Source: an uncultured Mycoplasmatota bacterium (lineage in GTDB: Bacteria; Bacillota_I; Bacilli_A; RF39; UBA660). Taken from it: DNA of 64,000 nt. The notes beneath the pieces were generated by a model. The model searched no databases and was not told the origin of the DNA. It worked only from the letters and a program-made list of their open reading frames with translations. Both the position numbers and the translations under genes were made by a program. The first letter of the stretch is position 1. Each line of letters opens with the position of its first letter. The DNA lies in NCBI GenBank assembly GCA_948467605.1, contig CAOKET010000001.1, forward strand, positions 1,721-65,720, given 5' to 3'. Positions 60,366-64,000 of this stretch are shown here, one piece after another.

Positions 60366-62666
60366 ATGTTTGGAAAGTTTACTGAAGAAGCACAAAAGGT
60401 ATTAACTCTTAGTAGAAAAGAAATGTTGGACTTAAAACATAAGTTTATTGGTACAGAACATTTTTTACTTGCATTACTTAGTCAAAAGAAAATTTCGTTA
60501 ACTTCTAGATTAAATGATTTTGGTCTTAATTATGAGGATTTTAGACGTGAACTTGTAAATATAATAGGAATTGGTGATAAAGTATCAGAATGGTATTTAT
60601 ATACTCCTCTTATGAAAAGAGTTATTGAATCAGCAATATTAGAAAGTAGAGATAATAATAATGGAATAGTGACACTTGAACATTTATTTAATTCTTTATT
60701 AGAAGAAGGTGAAGGTGTTGCAGTTAGAATAATTTATTCTCTCGGACTTGATTATGATGAATTATATAGTGTATTTATTGATGAAGATAATTTCTCTAAC
60801 AGTAAATCAAAGAAACTTCTTATTGATGAGTTGGGTGTTGATTTAACTTCAAAGGCAAGTGAACTTGATCCAGTAATAGGAAGAGACGATGAATTAAGAC
60901 GGGTTATTGAAGTACTTAGTAGAAGAAGTAAAAATAATCCAATATTAGTTGGAAAAGCAGGAGTAGGTAAAACTGCAATAGTTGAGGAACTTGCAAGGAA
61001 AATATCTTTGGGACAAGTGCCTAATAATCTAAAAGGTATGAGAGTTATATCTTTAGATATGGCTACTACTGTTGCAGGTACTAAATATAGAGGCGAGTTT
61101 GAAGAGAGAGTTAGAAAAATATTAAAGGAATTAGAGGAATGTAATGACATTATTTTATTTATAGATGAGATACATACTTTAGTAGGTGCTGGTGGTGCCG
61201 AAGGTGCAATTGATGCTTCTAATATATTTAAGCCAGCCCTTGCTAGAAATAAGTTTAAATGTATTGGTGCGACTACTATTGATGAATATAAACAATATAT
61301 TGAAAGTGATTCTGCATTAGAGAGAAGATTTCAAAAAATAGAGGTAAATGAACCTGATACTAATACTATAAATGATATATTATCTAAACTTAAACCCTTA
61401 TATGAAGATTATCATGGTGTTGTAATACCAGATGAAGTATTAAAAGAAATACCAGTTTTAACAAATAAGTATGTATATGATAGATTTGAACCAGATAAAT
61501 CTCTTGATATACTTGATGAGGTATGTGTAAGAGTTAAACTTAAGGACACAACTAAATATAATAAAATAAATGAACTTGATTTTAAATTACATGATATTAG
61601 GAAATTAAAAACATCTGCAATATTAAATCAAGATTTTGAATCAGCAGTTAAAATAAGGGAAAAGGAATTTGAAATTATTTCTGAGATAAATAATTGTAAT
61701 ATGGAATATATTAAGAGCAAAAATAAATATATTGTAACTATCTCGGATGTCGCATTAGTTATTTCATCAAGAACAGGAATACCAATATATGATATTTTAA
61801 ATGATAGTGTAAAATCGATTAGGGTTTTAAAAAATACTCTTTCTAAAAGTGTTTATGGTCAAGAAGAGATAATAGATAAATTAATTAAAGTTACAAAAAG
61901 AATAAAATTGGGATATAAACGTGAACAAAAACCGTATTCATTTTTATTTTGTGGCTCAACTGGAGTTGGTAAAACTTCTTTAGCAAAAATATTTGGTGAG
62001 CATATTGTTGGAAATAGTAATATTATTAAATTAGATATGAGTGAATATAAAGAGGAACACTCAGTAAGTAAAATCTTGGGTTCACCTCCAGGATATGTCG
62101 GTTATGAAGATAATAACTATCTGTTAGATGTTATAAGAGATAAACCATATTCACTTCTTATTGTGGATGAGATAGAAAGGGCACATCCTTCAGTACTAAA
62201 TCTATTTTTTCAAATATTAGATGATGGTAAAATAAAAGATTCTAAGGGTAAACTTGTAAGGTTTGATAATGTAATAATAATAATGACAACTAATATAGGA
62301 AGTAGTGTTAATTGTGTTGGATTTAATAAAGAAACTGATGTTATTGTTATGAATACATTAAAAGAACATTTTAGTGTAGAATTTTTAAATAGAATAGATG
62401 AAACATTTGTATTTAATAAAATAAATAAAAAGAATATTGTTAAGATAATTAAATCTAAATTAGATGAGGTTTCTAAATTCTATAGTAATAAAATAAAAGT
62501 ATCTTACAATGATGATGTTATTAATCAAATAATAGATATGAGTGAATATGAAGTATATGGTGCTAGAAAAATAGATAAGATAATTAAATTAAATGTTGAA
62601 GATATAATTATTGATTCAATAATTAATAAGAATAATGAAGTATTAATCGATAGAATATTTGTGTAA
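60366..62666 (+). CDS. clpC: ATP-dependent Clp protease ATPase ClpC
   Basis: Clp N repeats (GTEHFLL), GVGKTAI, FIDEIH, UVR middle domain, GSTGVGKT, GSPPGYVGY. Confidence 0.9.
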   Translation: MFGKFTEEAQKVLTLSRKEMLDLKHKFIGTEHFLLALLSQKKISLTSRLNDFGLNYEDFRRELVNIIGIGDKVSEWYLYTPLMKRVIESAILESRDNNNGIVTLEHLFNSLLEEGEGVAVRIIYSLGLDYDELYSVFIDEDNFSNSKSKKLLIDELGVDLTSKASELDPVIGRDDELRRVIEVLSRRSKNNPILVGKAGVGKTAIVEELARKISLGQVPNNLKGMRVISLDMATTVAGTKYRGEFEERVRKILKELEECNDIILFIDEIHTLVGAGGAEGAIDASNIFKPALARNKFKCIGATTIDEYKQYIESDSALERRFQKIEVNEPDTNTINDILSKLKPLYEDYHGVVIPDEVLKEIPVLTNKYVYDRFEPDKSLDILDEVCVRVKLKDTTKYNKINELDFKLHDIRKLKTSAILNQDFESAVKIREKEFEIISEINNCNMEYIKSKNKYIVTISDVALVISSRTGIPIYDILNDSVKSIRVLKNTLSKSVYGQEEIIDKLIKVTKRIKLGYKREQKPYSFLFCGSTGVGKTSLAKIFGEHIVGNSNIIKLDMSEYKEEHSVSKILGSPPGYVGYEDNNYLLDVIRDKPYSLLIVDEIERAHPSVLNLFFQILDDGKIKDSKGKLVRFDNVIIIMTTNIGSSVNCVGFNKETDVIVMNTLKEHFSVEFLNRIDETFVFNKINKKNIVKIIKSKLDEVSKFYSNKIKVSYNDDVINQIIDMSEYEVYGARKIDKIIKLNVEDIIIDSIINKNNEVLIDRIFV

Positions 62667-62722
62667 ATTTTATGTAATTTAATATTATATTAGTTTATTA
62701 TGATGTTATTCTTTGTTATACT
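62662..62722 (+). promoter_or_regulatory. TGTAAA-N5-TGTAAT box plus extended -10
   Basis: Repeat at 62662 and 62673; TGtTATACT with -10 at 62717. Confidence 0.45.
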
Positions 62723-62742
62723 TAACATAAGTGGTGATATTT

Positions 62743-64000
62743 ATGGCAAATACAGTTCGTATTAATATGGAAGTTGGTAGAAAAATAAGGGAGTTATTAA
62801 CCTTCTGTTATTCTAATGGTCTTAGTGTACCTAGTGAACTAAAACGTATTTATAATCCGAACCAAGAGTTTTTAGAAAGTGAACTTGAAGAATTATCTAT
62901 ATATATTACTGATAAGGGGTTGTCTCTTCAGATTGGAAATGTTAAATGTCAATATTCCAAAGGATTAGATAATTCTAAAATTCAATACATATTAAGTCAA
63001 ATCCCAATTGCAAAAACTTTAGAAGTATCGTACTCTGAAATGGAATCTATTGATTTATCGAATTTGAAGAGGTTAGAATCATTATATATTAATAGTAATT
63101 TGTTATTAAAAAAGATTGAGGGTTTATCAACTCTAGGTGCACTTAAGCAATTTGAATTTTGTGGAAATAGTGCATATGATGATATTGATAAAATTGTAGA
63201 CTTTTCGACAAAACTATCTTCTAATATGGCATTTGTTAGTATTGATTCATTGTATTATCCAAAATTCAATAATCTAAATACATATTTATCTAATATTGAA
63301 TTTTGTGAATCGGTTGGATCTTTTGAGACACAGATGTTGCGATATCCTGGTGGTATCCTATCTGATATTTATGGAAAAGCTATGGAATATAATAAGTATA
63401 TTATGGATAATGATACCCCAGAACAAAAATTTGCTATTTTTTATGCTTTATTAATTAACGACATTTATTATGATTATGATTATTTGAAAAAAAGGGAAGC
63501 CCACTTAAAATCTTCGGGTTTAAAGGGCGGTAGAAACGGTCTGTATAATGGATTCAGATTTAAAAAAACTGTTTGTGAGGGATATGTTCACATGTTGCAG
63601 TTACTTTTAAATATGAATAGTATTAGATCTTATGACGTTCACTGTGTTGCTGGTTCTTTAGAGGAAAGACAAAAAGGTGTTGTTAATCATTCAATTATAG
63701 CAGTTGATTTAGGATATGGCATGCAATATAGTGATATTACATTTGATTCAGAAAATATACATATGGGTAAGAATGTTGAATATTTTTTGTTGTGTAGAAA
63801 TGATATGAATAAGACTCATATAGTTGATTTAAAATTACCAAGTGTTGATTCTAATTCTAGTATTTCTGATAAAAAAAGAACAGAATTGTTTAGTTTTGCA
63901 AGCGAAAGAATTAAGGAAGTAAATATGTTAGTTAATATTGAGAAAGAAATTCAAGAAAAATTTGGAAAAAGGTTTAATTTAAATAATATTGATGATTTAT
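62743..64000 (+). CDS. LRR plus transglutaminase-like protein (runs off window; not in ORF track)
   Basis: Open frame to window end; IDLSNLKRLESLYINSN/IEGLSTLGALKQFEFCGN LRRs; triad VCEGY (63574), NHS (63688), YSDITFD (63733). Confidence 0.8.
   Translation, partial: MANTVRINMEVGRKIRELLTFCYSNGLSVPSELKRIYNPNQEFLESELEELSIYITDKGLSLQIGNVKCQYSKGLDNSKIQYILSQIPIAKTLEVSYSEMESIDLSNLKRLESLYINSNLLLKKIEGLSTLGALKQFEFCGNSAYDDIDKIVDFSTKLSSNMAFVSIDSLYYPKFNNLNTYLSNIEFCESVGSFETQMLRYPGGILSDIYGKAMEYNKYIMDNDTPEQKFAIFYALLINDIYYDYDYLKKREAHLKSSGLKGGRNGLYNGFRFKKTVCEGYVHMLQLLLNMNSIRSYDVHCVAGSLEERQKGVVNHSIIAVDLGYGMQYSDITFDSENIHMGKNVEYFLLCRNDMNKTHIVDLKLPSVDSNSSISDKKRTELFSFASERIKEVNMLVNIEKEIQEKFGKRFNLNNIDDL

Noticed and set aside
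783-61150. Short antisense or alternate-frame ORFs in the track (e.g. 783-1133, 6053-6460, 15027-15344, 28745-29071, 47235-47552, 57361-57615, 60752-61150)
   Set aside because: Shadows of well-supported genes, with no RBS or recognisable motifs
1-64000. CRISPR array, tRNA/rRNA, transposase or integrase, prophage, and genetic code 4
   Set aside because: No spaced direct-repeat array, RNA gene or mobile-element enzyme was seen; genes read through with TGG for Trp and no internal TGA, and TGA ends adk

Overview
Very AT-rich Firmicutes chromosome in genetic code 11, with Bacilli-type gene order and a streamlined look. My inference is an RF39-like uncultured gut Bacilli. The backbone comprises a condensed Bacillus origin-proximal block (dnaX-ebfC-recR-bofA-holB-ricT-trmN6-rsmI-pth-mfd-spoVT-tatD), thyA, a TetR/MMPL pair, uvrB and uvrA, hsp20, the S10-spc-alpha ribosomal superoperon (rpmD/L30 absent), dxs and clpC. 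The sporulation genes bofA and spoVT keep recognisable sigmaE- and sigmaG-type promoters. Scattered between housekeeping genes is a set of stand-alone, signal-peptide-less orphan enzymes: three HEXXH gluzincin-like proteases (two are recent paralogues), two transglutaminase/papain-fold proteins (one fused to LRRs), an amidoligase-like protein, a SET domain and several pure orphans. Many end in short basic tails, so they may form a dispersed effector-like arsenal. Three promoters share a TGTAAA direct repeat 55-56 nt before an extended -10. Other notable items are an MMPL protein with about 7-8 tandem ~80-aa helical repeats, a LexA-boxed phage-type gene plus a radical SAM gene between uvrB and uvrA, a GC-rich structured element before uvrB, a wHTH gene relic, a frameshifted HAD gene, and three CDSs missing from the ORF track. 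I saw no rRNA, tRNA, CRISPR array or intact transposase.
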